Below, in pieces: positions 46,241 through 59,828 of a stretch of DNA of 64,000 nucleotides; positions within the stretch are counted from its first letter, which is position 1, and each line of letters starts with the position of its first letter. The DNA comes from Haliotis rufescens (Eukaryota), in NCBI RefSeq assembly GCF_023055435.1, contig NW_025964212.1:1922001-1986000 (forward strand), written 5' to 3'. Position numbers and translations under genes: made by a program. The notes under the pieces were generated by a model that did not search any database, had not been told where the DNA came from, and worked only from the letters and a program-made list of their open reading frames with translations.

Positions 46241-49200
46241 CTATTTATCGCAGGGCTGGCTGCAGTCGTCGGAGGTGAGGCTGCTGTCACTGAAACGGGA
46301 AATCGAGAAATAAAGGTTCACCACGATACTCAAGTTTGTATTTCAATATTGAATTAGCTCTGGCATTTTGGTCATTTGAACAATTTAACCCCTCTTTCGT
46401 AAATATTCTTTCGTCATTATTACAATATATCATCAGGCGTATACATTGTAAGTTTGGAGTGAGTGAGTTTGATTGACGCCGCTTTTGGAAATATTCCAGC
46501 AATACCATTGGGGTGTATATTGCAGTCTACATCTATTTGCAGTGGAACCGTGTTCCCACCATCATTGAATTACGCGGAATCTAGGACGAATAATGTATGG
46601 CATGTAATCGGGCAGACATTTGTGTCGAATCATTACTCAAATCCCGGTAGAGACTGCCACAGATGGATTCACGAACTGTGACTATTGGGGATTGGGCGGA
46701 CAAAATGGTAGAAATGTGGGATTTAGTGTATCTTATCCCGTACTATTTCTGCTCCTTAGTTTTCATGAATTCTGCAGGCACAGGCCGACTTGTTATATCA
46801 GTTGATGAACAGACCGCAGGACCCACGGCGGGAGAGACTGCCATAGTTCGATTCATGGACTGAGACAAATTTGGATATGGTGAATTGGGAAAGGTACCCC
46901 ATACTATTACTGCTAATCCATTATGTTCTACTATTTGAATTCAACAGTTACAGAACAGAACAACTTTACAGAACATGAATTCTTCAGTTACAGAACTACT
47001 GGTATATCACTAGTAGAGAATACCACATTCTCATTAATTGAGACAAACGAATTAGGAGAAATGTTGGATTTAGTGTATATTATAATGTTACAGTTATATG
47101 AGTTGGTGATCAAACCAGTCACTAAGTCACACTGAAGTTTGAAGTTATATATCTTACGCGCAAAGCATGCGGTCCCGGATGCAGTTGTCACAGACGACGG
47201 AGCCGTTGGAGATGCAGAATGGACCGTCAAGGTAGCTGAAGCAGTCTGTGGTGGAACAGAAGAAGGCGCTCACACGAGCATCTGTTACCTGGTAGGCAGC
47301 TGGAGGTTGAAAAAAAGTCTGCTATTGGACTGCACTTACAACGATGATAAAGTCTTATTATAACACGTCCCATTTTAATTCTGGAAACCCAAAAGTCCAG
47401 AAACTCTACGGTCTTTGCCCAGTCTCGGTTAAAGGTATTTACAAAATTAAAGATGCTGTTTTCATGGGAACATACCAAGGAAGAAAAAATGAAAATTTTT
47501 TTGTTCAAAACTCAATATTTAGACTATGTCGCCCATGGGCAGGCCCATGGGCGAAGTCTGGCCCATGGGTAGGCCCATTCTATATAACTTAATTCAACGA
47601 TTTTATAGCGATATTGAAATATTTCGCCCATGGGCGAGAAAAAGGTTTGGCCCATGGGCGAGAATACGTTCCTTTACTCAAAACTCATGTTTTTGTTTCG
47701 CAAATACATTTAAATGTATTTATTCAAGTATCATGACACAAAATTTAACTCATTTTAACTTAATTCAACGATTTTATAGCGATATTGAAATATTTCGCCC
47801 ATGGGCGAGAAAAAGGTTTGGCCCATGGGCGAGAATACGTTCCTTTACTCAAAACTCATGTTTTTGTTTCGCAAATACATTTAAATGTATTTATTCAAGT
47901 ATCATGACACAAAATTTGAACTCATTTTAACTTAATTCAACGATTTTATAGCGATATTGAAATATTTCGCCCATGGGCGAGAAAAAGGCTTGGCCCATGG
48001 GCGAAAATATGTTCCTTTACTTAAATCTCATGTTTATATTTCGCAAATACATTAAATGTATTTATTCTAGTATCATGACACAAAATTTAACTCATTTTAA
48101 ATTAATTAAACTATTTTATAGCGATATTGAAATATTTCGCCCATGGGCGAGAAAAGGGTTTTGCCCATCAACTAACTGTGTGCAAAGTATATATTATTTT
48201 TCGATGGCATGTTTGAATCCTGCATTCTGATAGGTCGTTGGCGGTAAGGAATGTACGTTAGACCATGACGTTTGAAGACGATTGCATCAGCCCTACAATG
48301 TTTGAAAGTTCTTCTTTCCTAAACACTCTTTTACTGAGGTAACGTTGTGAAATAAATTCAAACTTTGACTGGACATTCTTTTGTACTTTTATACTATGTG
48401 AGTGACGCACGTGGAATGTGTTGTCTGCGGCTGTTGCACATGCATCAGGAACAGTTGCTAGTTGATCTTCACAATGCATGACACAAGGTTCCTTACAATT
48501 TACAATCGCTTGCACGTTTGGAAAATAGGCTGACGGTGATCACAGGAAATCTTGAATCATGAGGTGAGGTGAGGTGATATGGGGTTTAACGTCGCGTCCA
48601 AGATTATTGCACTTAAATAGCGACCTGCATGCATGTGTGTGTGTGGCTGCTTGTACTAGTCCGGACTGATGCCGATTTATGGTGCTAGCACACTGAGATA
48701 CCATGCCACAGTTTAACATGAATGCCCCACTCGGACACAGTATACTGACTCCGAGCCGACCAGTCCTTGTTTTAGCCCTTTAATGCCGAGCGCAAGACAG
48801 GGAAACAACAAGTACCATCTTTTAACGTCTTTTGGTATGATGGAATCTCGGACACATGCTTTTCGAAAAGAAAATTATTCACTACAATGCCCGTCCAAGC
48901 GTACACTAATTTCAATGTTGGTTCAAAATAATGCAGTTTGCATGTGAGCATTTAATCCAAAGTTTAAAAGAATGAACAGCTTTCAGACACACTGTCCCGA
49001 AGAATTATTTGTATGAAACTCCTAGTCACTGTGAACGAATTGCGCTTGGAAATATACTTCATAAACATGAATTGCGGGACGTTGGTACAGTTCATCGGAT
49101 TACAGGGAGAACTGCACGAACAGCCAATCTTTGGTTAATTCTTAGAAGAAGCAGGATTTGACCACAATTTCAAAACGTTTTCAAATCCTCCATAAAGGCT

Positions 49201-49377
49201 CAATGCACCTTTTGGTATCGTTGTTACTTGCAAAGTACAGTAATTTCAACCTAAATATTTCCAAATATTAACCAATATTAAAAGGGGAACGCATATGAAA
49301 TAGTATTTAAAACAAACAACAGAATCCAAAGACTGCTTACCGAATGCCATAAGAGCGAAGATGACGAGGACCTTCAT
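46241..49377 (-). CDS. Secreted 8-Cys Kazal-like peptide, copy 1 (75 aa)
   Basis: Exons 49377-49341 (MKVLVIFALMAF, donor gtaagc), 47299-47158 (acceptor ttttttcaacctccag, donor gtaaga), 46289-46241 (acceptor ttcccgtttcag, TAG). Protein MKVLVIFALMAFAAYQVTDA-RVSAFFCSTTDCFSYLDGPFCISNGSVVCDNCIRDRMLCADSSLTSDDCSQPCDK. TATAAAA upstream, AATAAA about 70 nt after the stop. Confidence 0.8.
47363..48191. mobile_element. Copy-1-specific intronic insertion containing ~171-bp tandem repeats with GCCCATGGGC palindromes
   Basis: Absent at the equivalent site in units 2 and 3 (unit 2 reads AGTCTTATTA-TA-TTATTTTT); internal units start near 47586, 47757, 47929, 48099. Confidence 0.7.
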
Positions 49378-49456
49378 GATGTCTGTGTTGCTGAGGACGT
49401 TGTTTTGCTTGTCTGTAGAAAATGGAAGTGGCTGGAGTGGAAGGCGAACTCTCGTC

Positions 49457-49600
49457 TTTTATAGGCAAGTCTGATCGGTGGGAACAATCCATTTTCTCTT
49501 GCGTCACAGCATGTAGTAATTTCAAATAATTTCAGAACATACCTACACCATATACCCAGTCAGAAAGCTGCTGTGGCGCCTGCGCACAACAACCTATTGG
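49457..49600 (-). promoter_or_regulatory. Core promoter of peptide gene copy 1 (CCAAT, TGACGCAA, TATAAAA)
   Basis: On the minus strand: CCAAT at 49600-49596, TGACGCAA at 49506-49499 and TATAAAA at 49463-49457, about 80 nt before the ATG. The same elements occur in copy 2 (TATA 56246-56252) and copy 3 (TATA 62275-62281). Confidence 0.65.
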
Positions 49601-50164
49601 CTAATTGCACACCGTTAATTAAACCATGCGGACTTGAACTGTGAACCCCACTTAGACCCGACTCCATACCATGGAGCTATTTGTAGCTGCATTGCTACAT
49701 GATTTGTTTCAATATACCATGAACTTATTGGTATACTTACGATGACCGTCCCAAATCTGCAGCCATATGTGAAAGTGGTGATTTTGATTTTGTTTCAAGA
49801 GGTGTATTGTGAATAAAAGTCACAAAAAACTTTCTATATTCATACGAAATCTCTGTTAAAACATGCAGCATGTGCATGTAATCGATTTCAAACTTCAGGA
49901 AGAATGATTTTTTCCAGCATTTTCGGGAATATGTTTTTAAACCTTTTAGTTGTGCGAAAGTAATTTATTGATGATGCGTTCATGACATGTAAAACAAGCG
50001 TACATGTAAATAGCGTTTTCGAACTTTTAATGAACCATATGGGTAATATTGTCACATACATGTAGGTCAGCGTCTGCAATCATATCCTGTGATGTTATAT
50101 TTGCTGTATTGCGTTACCTCTAAAAAACAGTAGTAATCGTGTTAGAAGTAGTGGTAGTAGTAGT

Positions 50165-50212
<48 letters not shown>

Positions 50213-50969
50213 ACTATTTTGCCGCTTGTGTACAGTTTTTACTGCAAACCAAATGATGCTAATTTGCCATTTCGCTACTCTGAAAGCTCTTATCAAAGCT
50301 AAATATTTCAGGGCATATGTGAAGCCTTGTGTAGACACGTGTTGATTACTACTTCTTTAAGTATTTGTTTCAACAGATCTCTCAACTCTGTTTGCTTCGT
50401 ACATGCACATTATGTCTCAGTCACAGTTGGTACATTACAACTCATCTAGAAAATACAAGATAGTGGTATTTGGTGATGATGGTCCAACGAGACATTATGG
50501 CAACAAGGTAATCATGTTTATCTTCACATGTATTTGGGGATTATCTTCACAACAAACCTGCCAATATCAGAGTCCCAAATTCGACCCGTCTCACGGATTA
50601 AACGTCACTGTAATAATATCTCATTGCCAAAAAGGATTTGGAAAATTTCTTTTGAAATAGTATACACATAATTATATGAAGAATCAATGCAAGAGAATAA
50701 CCAGCCTAGGTTTTCTGCCGAAACAAATTCCAAGAGCGTTAAGGGCAAATAGCTGTGGAAATTATATAAATGGATCACTAATTATCAGTAATGACACCAG
50801 GTGTTCGCGAAATGGGAAAACATCTCNNNNNNNNNNNNNNNNNNNNNNNNNNNNNNNNNNNNNNNNNNNNNNNNNNNNNNNNNNNNNNNNNNNNNNNNNN
50901 NNNNNNNNNNNNNNNNNNNNNNNNNNNNNNNNNNNNNNNNNNNNNNNNNNNNNNNNNNNNNNNNNNNNN

Positions 50970-51580
50970 TTTAGGTGTGTGCGTATCTAGGTGTGTAGGT
51001 GTGTATGTGTCTAGGTGTGTGTGTGTGTCTAGGGGTGGGTGTGGGTGTGTCTAGGTGTGTGTGTGTGTGTGTGTGTGTGTAGGTGTGTGTGTCTAGGTGT
51101 GTATGTTCTGTGTGTGTGTGTCTAGGTGTGTGTGTGTGTGTAGGTGTGTGTGTGTGTGTGTGTGTCTAGGTATCTGTTAGTGTGTGTTTAGGTGTGTAGG
51201 TGTGTGTGTGTCTAGGTGTGTAGGTGTGTATGTGTCTAGGTGTGTGTGTGTGTCTAGGGGTGGGTGTGGGTGTGTCTAGGTGTGTGTGTAGGTGTGTGTG
51301 TCTAGGTGTGTATGTTCTGTGTGTGTGTGTCTAGGTGTGTGTGTGTGTGTGTAGGTGTGTGTGTGTGTGTGTCTAGGTATCTGTTAGTGTGTGTTTAGGT
51401 GTGTAGGTGTGTGTGTGTCTAGGTGTGTGTGTGTGTCTAGGTGTGTAGGAGTATGTGTGTCTAGGAGGGTAGGTGTCTCTAGGTTTGTAGGTGTGTGTGT
51501 GGTGTGTGCGTGTGTGAGTGGGTGTGGGTGTGGATGTGTGTGTTGGTGTGGGTGTATGTCTAGGCGTGTATGTGTGTGTA
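50970..51580. repeat. Complex (GT)n/CTAGGT microsatellite (counterparts at 57813-58182 and 63949-64000)
   Basis: Visible directly; each copy is next to an N gap. Confidence 0.95.
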
Positions 51581-52638
51581 GAAATATAATATGAACAATA
51601 TAAAAGTATCACCATTTTAAAAGAACGAATGATGACTGGTTGACATATGAAATATTTTTCCTAACCTTGAGAGTATAGTGGAATATTTTGGCAGCATCAT
51701 AGCACAAATTTGGGAGATCAGTGATGATAAAACTTACTTTATCCGCATCACTAATTAATATTGGTAAAAATATCTAGAACATTTTCACAGGAATTCGACA
51801 ATGAACTAAAAGCATGAGACTTTGTCTTTTTATTTGGTCAGGGCAGTTAGTTGTTTTAGTAGTTTCTGAGAACTCTTGACCAGTGTCCGCGATAGATTTT
51901 TATGGTGGCTTCCATCCTACGAGAAGTGAAGTTTCACTCTTCTGATCATTTCACGTCTAGTTCTACATGTAGACATCCTGATTGGCCTTTCGTGGGTAAT
52001 ATGAGCCACTCTCTATTTCATGAATGCAATTAGTTATTGGCAGGTTGTATCAGAAGATATTCTCACATTTAGTGATCAGCATTTTTTGTTGAAGATACCA
52101 ATGATAGCTAAGGATAGCATCGTTAACGTGTTCCATAGAAATAAGGGAATATTTTTTTAAACTCTGCCGTCTATCCCATCATGATCAGTCCTCTTTGGGC
52201 TTACAGGTTACAATTGGTTACAAAGACATGGTGGTCAGGCTCGCTGACTTGGTTTACTGTGTGTCGTCATATCCTAACGGTAAGGGACGTTGCTCAAAGT
52301 ATCAATCACTGGTTTTTCTGGTCCAGACCTGATTATTAACAGGCCACCATCATGTAGCTGGACTATTGCTGAATGTGGCGTTGAACAACAAAACATCAGA
52401 TAAAGAGTAGTGGTGTATGCTGTAGCAGCGTCCAGCACATCCTGGGATGTTGCATTCCATGACAAGATACCAAACATACCCCAGCTATATTGCCGCTACT
52501 AGATCCATATCCAATGTCGTAACCTTGGCTTGTTGTTACATGTATGAAAAGGTAAAGGCACGGTGGGGTAGTTTAGTTGTTGAGGGGCTTCTCCTCCCTT
52601 CACAGACCTGGGTTTGAAGCCAATTAATATGTCCCATC

Positions 52639-52903
52639 GACCCGTGAAGATTCCGGGGTAGAATAGGTCTTCAGCAACCCATACTTGCCGTAAAAGGCGA
52701 CTATGCTTGTCGTAAAAGGCGACTAACGGGATCGGGTGGTCAGGCTCGCTGACTTGGTTGATACATGTCATCGATCCCAACAGCGTGGATCGATGCTCAT
52801 GATGTCAATCACTGGATTGTCTGGTCCAGTCTCGATTATTTAACAGACCGCCGTCATATAGCTGGAATATTGCTGAGTGCGGCGTTAAACAACACACAAA
52901 CAA
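52639..52903 (+). mobile_element. SINE-like family C copy
   Basis: Full-length match; the counterpart in unit 2 (from ~59266) is truncated by a deletion. Confidence 0.8.
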
Positions 52904-53749
52904 AATATTATGTCCCATCTCACTTTTATAATTATAGGATATACAATCTTGATGTCTACTATGCGTCTCAATAAGATTGAGGCATACTCCAATAGTGCCT
53001 TCCACTACACTTTTCAAAATATATATTAGTAAGCAACATAAACAAAGAACACTACATGGTTGACAGCATTTCATGATGTAATCAAAACCGAGCAGGATTT
53101 CAAACTGAAGGCATACACCAATAAAGGTTTGCTTGTACGATGGGAACCAGCATGGCACATCTTATCACCTTGCGCTGGTCGTGTTAAGAGTTTGCCAAAG
53201 AGGTCCAGGGTCGACTCGAAGAAAGGGCATATCATGAGAGTCCCTATTTTTATATTTAAATGTCAACTACAATTACTCTCAAATAATTAAAAGCAACAAA
53301 ACCCTTTCCATAATCATGAGAACTTAACTTAGTCCACTGTACACTTCAGGCTATATCGTAAGTATGCGTTTGTGGCCCCACCTGTGGCACCCGTCACAGC
53401 CACAGGCAAAGGTAAGTCATGTTCACCTGAACAAAAACGGGAACAAATGGGACAAGTCACAGTGAAGAATCGCATGAAAGTGAATCGCATCAGACTTCAT
53501 AAATATTCGTCACTGATGCGTCAAATGTGAAAAGGTCCAGCATGTCCACATAAACCGTTTTAAAAACCTTCACTTAGGTTTTGCATATTGTGACCATGAT
53601 CCAAAGTAACCAATCGCGACTATTGCAGAGAATGCAGAAATTAATTGAAAGAGAACAAAATCCAAGTTGCTGCACAATATTTATTGATGTGAATAGGCCA
53701 TCAAGTTTACATTCATCAACTATCTATATCGTCATATAATCAGTCAGTC

Positions 53750-56166
53750 CTATTTATCGCAGGGCTGGATGCAGTAGGAGGAGGTGAGGCTGCTGTCACT
53801 GAAACGGGAAATCGAGAAATAAAGGTTCACCACGATACTCAAGTTTGTATTTCAATATTGAATATAACTCTGGCATTTTGGCCATTTGAACAATTTTAAC
53901 CCTCTTTCATAAAAATTGTTTAGTCATTATTACGATACATCATCAGGCGTATAAGTTTGGAGTGAGTGAGTTTGATTGACGCCGCTTTTGGAAATATTCC
54001 AGCAATACCATTGGGGTGTATATTGCAGTCTACATCTATTTGCAGTGGAACCGTGTTCCCACCATCATTGAATTACGCGGAATCTAGGACGAATAATGTA
54101 TGGCATGTAATCGGGTAGACATGTGTGTCGAATCATTACTCAAACCCCGGTAGAGACTGCCACAGATGGATTCACGAACTGTGACTATTGGGGATTGGGC
54201 GGACAAAATGGTAGAAATGTGGGATTTAGTATATCTTATCCCGTACTATTTCTGCTCCTAAGTTTTCATGAATTCTGCAGGCACAGGCCGACTTGTTATA
54301 TCAGTTGATGAACAGACCGCAGGACCCACGGGAGAGACCGCCATTGTTCGATTCATGGACTAAGACAAATTTGGATAGGATGAATTGGGAAAGATACCCC
54401 ATACTATTACAGCTAATTCATTAAGTTCTACTACTTGACTTCAACAGTTACAGAACAGAACAACTTTACAGAATATGAATTCTTCAGTTACAGAACTACT
54501 GGTATATTACTAGTAGAGAATACCACATTCTCATTAATTTAGACAAACGAATTAGGAGAAATGTTGGATTTAGTGTATATTATGATGGTACAGTTATATT
54601 AGTTGGTGATCAAACCAGTCACTAAGTCACACTGAAATTTGAAGTTATATATCTTACGCGCAAAGCATGCCGTCCCGGATGCAGTTGTCACAGACGACGG
54701 AGCCGTTGGAGATGCAGAATGGACCGTCAAGGTAGCTGAAGCAGGCTTTGCCGGAACAGACGAAGTCTTTCATACGAGCATCTGTTACCTGGTAGGCAGC
54801 TGGAGGTTGAAAAAAGGCTGCTATTGGACTGGACAACGATGATAAAGTCTTATTATATTATTTTTCGATGGCATGTTTGGATGCTGCATTCTGATTGGTC
54901 GTTGGCGGTAAGGAATGTACGTTAGACCATGACGTTTGAAGACGATTGCATCAGCCCTAAAATGTTTGAAAGTTCTTCTTTCCTATGCACTCTTTTACTG
55001 AGGTAACGTTGTGAAATAAATTCAAACTTTGACTGGACATTCTTTTGTACTTTTATACTATGTGAGTGATGCACGTGGAATGTGTTGTCTGCGGCTGTTG
55101 CGCACGCACCAGGAACAGTTGCTAGTTGATCTTCACAATGCATGACACAAGGTTCCTAACAATTTACAATCGCTTGCACGTTTGGAAAATAGGCTGACGT
55201 TGATCACAGGAAATCTTGAATCATGAGGTGAGGTGAGGTGATATGGGGTTTAACGTCGCGTCCAAGATTATTGCACNNNNNNNNNNNNNNNNNNNNNNNN
55301 NNNNNNNNNNNNNNNNNNNNNNNNNNNNNNNNNNNNNNNNNNNNNNNNNNNNNNNNNNNNNNNNNNNNNNNNNNNNNNNNNNNNNNNNNNNNNNNNNNNN
55401 NNNNNNNNNNNNNNNNNNNNNNNNNNNNNNNNNNNNNNNNNNNNNNNNNNNNNNACTGGTGCCGATTTATGGTGCTAGCACACTGAGATACCATGCCACA
55501 GTTTAACATGAATGCCCAACTCAGACACAGTATACTGACTCCGAGCCGACCAGTCCTTGTTTTAGCCCCTTAATGCCGAGCGCCAGACAGGGTAACAACA
55601 AGTACAATCTTTTAACGTCTTTTGGTATGATCGAACCCCGGAGACATGCTTTTCGAAAAGAAAATTATTCACTACAATGCCCGCCCAAGCGTACACTAAT
55701 TTCAATGTTGGTTCAAAATAATGCAGTTTGCATGTGAGCATTTAATCCAAAGTTTAAAAGAATGAACAGCTTTCAGACACACTGTCCCGAAGAATTATTT
55801 GTATGAAACTCCTAGTCACTATGAACGAATTGCGCTTGGAAATATACTTCATAAACATGAATTGCGGGACGTTGGTACAGTTCATCGGATTACAGGGAGA
55901 ACTGCACGAACAGTCAATCTTAGGTTAATTCTCAGAAGAAGCAGGATTTGACCACAATTTCAAAACGTTTTCAAATCCTCCATAAAGCCTCAATGCACCT
56001 TTTGGTATCGTTGGTACTTGCAAAGTACAGTCATTTCAACCTAAATATTTCCAAATATTAACCACTATTAATAGGGTACGCAAATGAAATAGTATTTAAA
56101 ACAAACAACAGAATCCAAAGTCTGCTTACCGAATGCCATAAGAGCGAGGATGACGAGGACCTTCAT
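53750..56166 (-). CDS. Secreted 8-Cys Kazal-like peptide, copy 2 (75 aa)
   Basis: Exons 56166-56130, 54799-54658, 53798-53750. Protein MKVLVILALMAFAAYQVTDA-RMKDFVCSGKACFSYLDGPFCISNGSVVCDNCIRDGMLCADSSLTSSYCIQPCDK; splice sites and frame are intact. Confidence 0.8.
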
Positions 56167-57894
56167 GATGTCTGTGTTGCTGAGGACGTTGTTTTGCTTG
56201 TCTGTAGAAAATGGAAGTGGCTGGAGTGGAAGGCGAACTCTCGTCTTTTATAGGCAAGTCTGATCGGTGGGAACAATCCATTTTCTCTTGCGTCACAGCA
56301 TGTGGTCATTTCAAACAATTTCGGAACATACCTACACCATATACCCAGTCAGAAAGCTTCTGTGGCGCCTACGCACGACGCCCAATTGGCTAATTGCACA
56401 CCGTTAATTAAACCATGCGGACTTGAACTGTGAACCCCACTTTGATCCGACTCCATACCATGGAGCTATTTGTAGCTGCATTGCTACATGATTTATTTGA
56501 ATGTACCATGAACTTATTGGTATACTTACGATGACCGTCTCAAATCTGCAGCCATATGTGAAAGTGGTGATTTTGATTTTGTTTCAAGAGGTGTATTGTG
56601 AATAAAAGTCACAAAAAACTTTCTATATTCATACGAAATCTCTGCATGTGCATATAATCGATTTCAAACTTCAGGAAGAATGATTTTTTTCCAGCATTTT
56701 CGGGAATATGTTTTTGAAACTTTCAGTTGTGCGAAAGTAATTTATTGATGATGCGTTCATGACATGTAAAACAAGCGTACATGTAAATAGCGTTTTCGAA
56801 CTTTTAATGAACCATATGGGTAATATTGTCACATACATGTAGGTCAGCGTCTGCAATTATATCCTGTGATGTTATATTTGCTGTATTGTGTTACCTCTAA
56901 AAAACAGTAGTAATCGTGTTAGAAGTAGTGGTGGTAGTAGTAGCATTAGCAGCAACAGAACTATTTTGCCGCTTGTGTACAGTTTTTATTGCAAACCAAA
57001 TGATGCTAATTTGCCATTTCGCTACTCTGAAAGCTATTATCAAAGCTAAATATTTCAGGGCATATGTGAAGCCTTGTGTAGACACGTGTTGATTAATACT
57101 TCTTTAAGTAATTGTTTCAACAGATCTCTCAACTCTGTTTGCTTCGTAAATGCACATTATGTCTCAGTCACAGTTGGTACATTACAGCAGAGAAAGAACA
57201 TTTTAACTCATTTAGAAAATACAAGATAGTGGTATTTGGTTATATGGTGGTCCAACGAGACATTATGGCAACAAGGTAATCATGTTTATCTTCACGTGTA
57301 TTTGGGGATTATCTTTACAACAAACCTGCCAATATCAGAGTCCCAAATTCGACCCATCTCACGGATTAAACGTCACCGTAATTTCATTTCATTGCCAAAA
57401 AGGATTTGGATAATTTCTTTTTAAATAAACTTTTAGTATACACATAATTATATGAAGTATCAATGCAAGAGAAAAACCAGCCTAGGTTTTCTGCCGAAAC
57501 AAATTCCACTGAGCGTTAAGGGCAAAAAGCTGTGGAAATTATATAAATGGATCACTAATTATCAGTAATGACACCAGGTGTTCGCGAAATGGGAAAGCAT
57601 GCCTTCCNNNNNNNNNNNNNNNNNNNNNNNNNNNNNNNNNNNNNNNNNNNNNNNNNNNNNNNNNNNNNNNNNNNNNNNNNNNNNNNNNNNNNNNNNNNNN
57701 NNNNNNNNNNNNNNNNNNNNNNNNNNNNNNNNNNNNNNNNNNNNNNNNNNNNNNNNNNNNNNNNNNNNNNNNNNNNNNNNNNNNNNNNNNNNNNNNNNNN
57801 NNNNNNNNNNNNAGGTGTGTGTGTGTCTAGCTGTGTAGGTGTGTGTTGTGTGTCTAGGTGTGTACGTGTGTGTGTGTGTGTGTTTCTAGGTGTG

Positions 57895-57932
<38 letters not shown>

Positions 57933-59828
57933 TAGGTGTGTAGGTGTGTGTATGTGTGTGTCTAGGTGTGTGTTGTGTGTGTAGGTGTGTGTGTGTCTAG
58001 CTGTGTAGGTGTGTGTTGTGTGTCTAGGTGTGTACGTGTGTGTGTGTGTGTGTTTCTAGGTGTGTAGGTGTGTGTGTGTCTAGGTGTGTGTGTGTATGTC
58101 TAGGTGTGTAGGTGTGTGTGTCTAGGTGTGTGTGTGTCTAGGTGTGTAGGTGTGTGTATGTCTAGGTGTGTAGGTGTGTGTAGAAATTTTCGAAATAAAT
58201 ACAGATAAAAATATGAACAGTATAAAAGTATCACCATTTTAAAAGAACGAATGATGACTGGTTGACATATGAAATATTTTTCCTAACTTTGAGAGTATAG
58301 TGGAATATTTTGGCAGCATCATAGCACAAATTTGGGAAATCAGTGATGATAAAACTTACTTTATCCGCATCACTAATTAATATTGGTAAAAATATCTAGA
58401 ACATTTTCACAGGAATTCGACAATGAACTAAGAGCATGAGACTTTGTCTTTTTATTTGGTCAGGGCAGTTAAATGTTTTAGTAGTTTCTGAGAACTCTTG
58501 ACCAGTGTCCGCAATAGATTTTTATGGTGGCTTCCATCCTACGAGAAGTGAAGTTTCACTCTTGTGATCATTTCACGTCTAGTTCTACATGTAGACATCC
58601 TGATTGGCGTTTCGTGGGTAATATGAGCCACTCTCTTTTTCATGAATGCAATTAGTTATTGACAGGTTGTATCAGAAGATATTCTCACATTTAGTGATCA
58701 GCATTTTTTGTTGAAGATACCAATGATAGCTAAGGATAGCATCGTTAACGTGTTCCATAGAAATAAGGGAATATTTTTTTAAAACTCTGCCGTATATCCC
58801 ATCATGATCAGTCCTCTTTGGGCTTACAGGTTACAATTGGTTACAAAGACATGGTGGTCAGGCTCGCTTACTTTGTTTACTGTGTGTCATCATGTCCTAA
58901 CGGTAAGGGACGTTGCTCAAAGTATCAATCACTGGTTTTTCGGGTCCAGACCTGATGATTAACAGGCCACCATCATGTAGCTGGACTATTGCTGAATGTG
59001 GCGTTAAACAACAAAACATCAGTTAAAGAGTAGTGGTGTATGCTGTAGCAGCGTCCAGCACATCCTGGGATGTTGCATTCCATGACAAGATACCAAACAT
59101 ACCCCAGCTATAAATATTGCCGCTACTAGATCCATATCCAATGTCGTAACCTTGGCTTATTTTGACATGTATGTGAAGATAAAGGCACGGTGGGGTAGTT
59201 TAGTTGTTGAGGGGCTTCTCCTACCATCACAGACCTGGGTTTGAAGCCAATTGATATGTCCCATCGACCCGTGAAGATTCCGGGGTAGAATAGGTCGTCA
59301 GCAACCCATACTTGCCGTAAAAGGCGGCTATTTTTATATTTAAATGTCAACTACAATTACTCTCATATAAGTAAAAGCATAAAACCCTTTCCATAATCAT
59401 GAGAACTTAACTTAGTCCACTGTACACTTCAGGCTATATCGTAAGTATGCGTTTGTGCTCCCACCTGTGGTACCCGTCATAACCACAGGCAAAGGTAAGT
59501 CATGTTCACCTGAACAAAAACGGGAACAAATGGGACAAGTCACAGTGAAGAATCGCATGAAAGTGAATCGCATCAGACTTCATATATATTCGTCACTGAT
59601 GCGTCAAATGTGAAAAGGTCCAGCATGTCCACATAAACCGTTTTAATAACCTTCACTTAGGTTTTGCATATTGTGACCATGATCAAAAGTAACCAATCGC
59701 GACTATTGCAGAGAATGCAGAAATTAATTGAAAGAGAACAAAATCCAAGTTGCTGCACAATATTTATTGATGTGAATAGGCCATCAAGTTTACATTCATC
59801 AACTATCTATATCGTCATATAATCAGTC

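Noticed and set aside
48411-48529. Apparent extra Cys-rich exon (AYFPNVQAIVNCKEPCVMHC...) in the peptide gene
   Set aside because: The acceptor is weak, copies 2 and 3 have an in-frame TAG here, and direct splicing of exon 1 to 47299 uses a stronger acceptor and gives a clean signal peptide in all three copies.
49741-49766. Upstream ATG plus GTAAGT donor (MAADLGRS)
   Set aside because: It lies upstream of the TATA promoter and I found no compatible downstream exon; unsupported.
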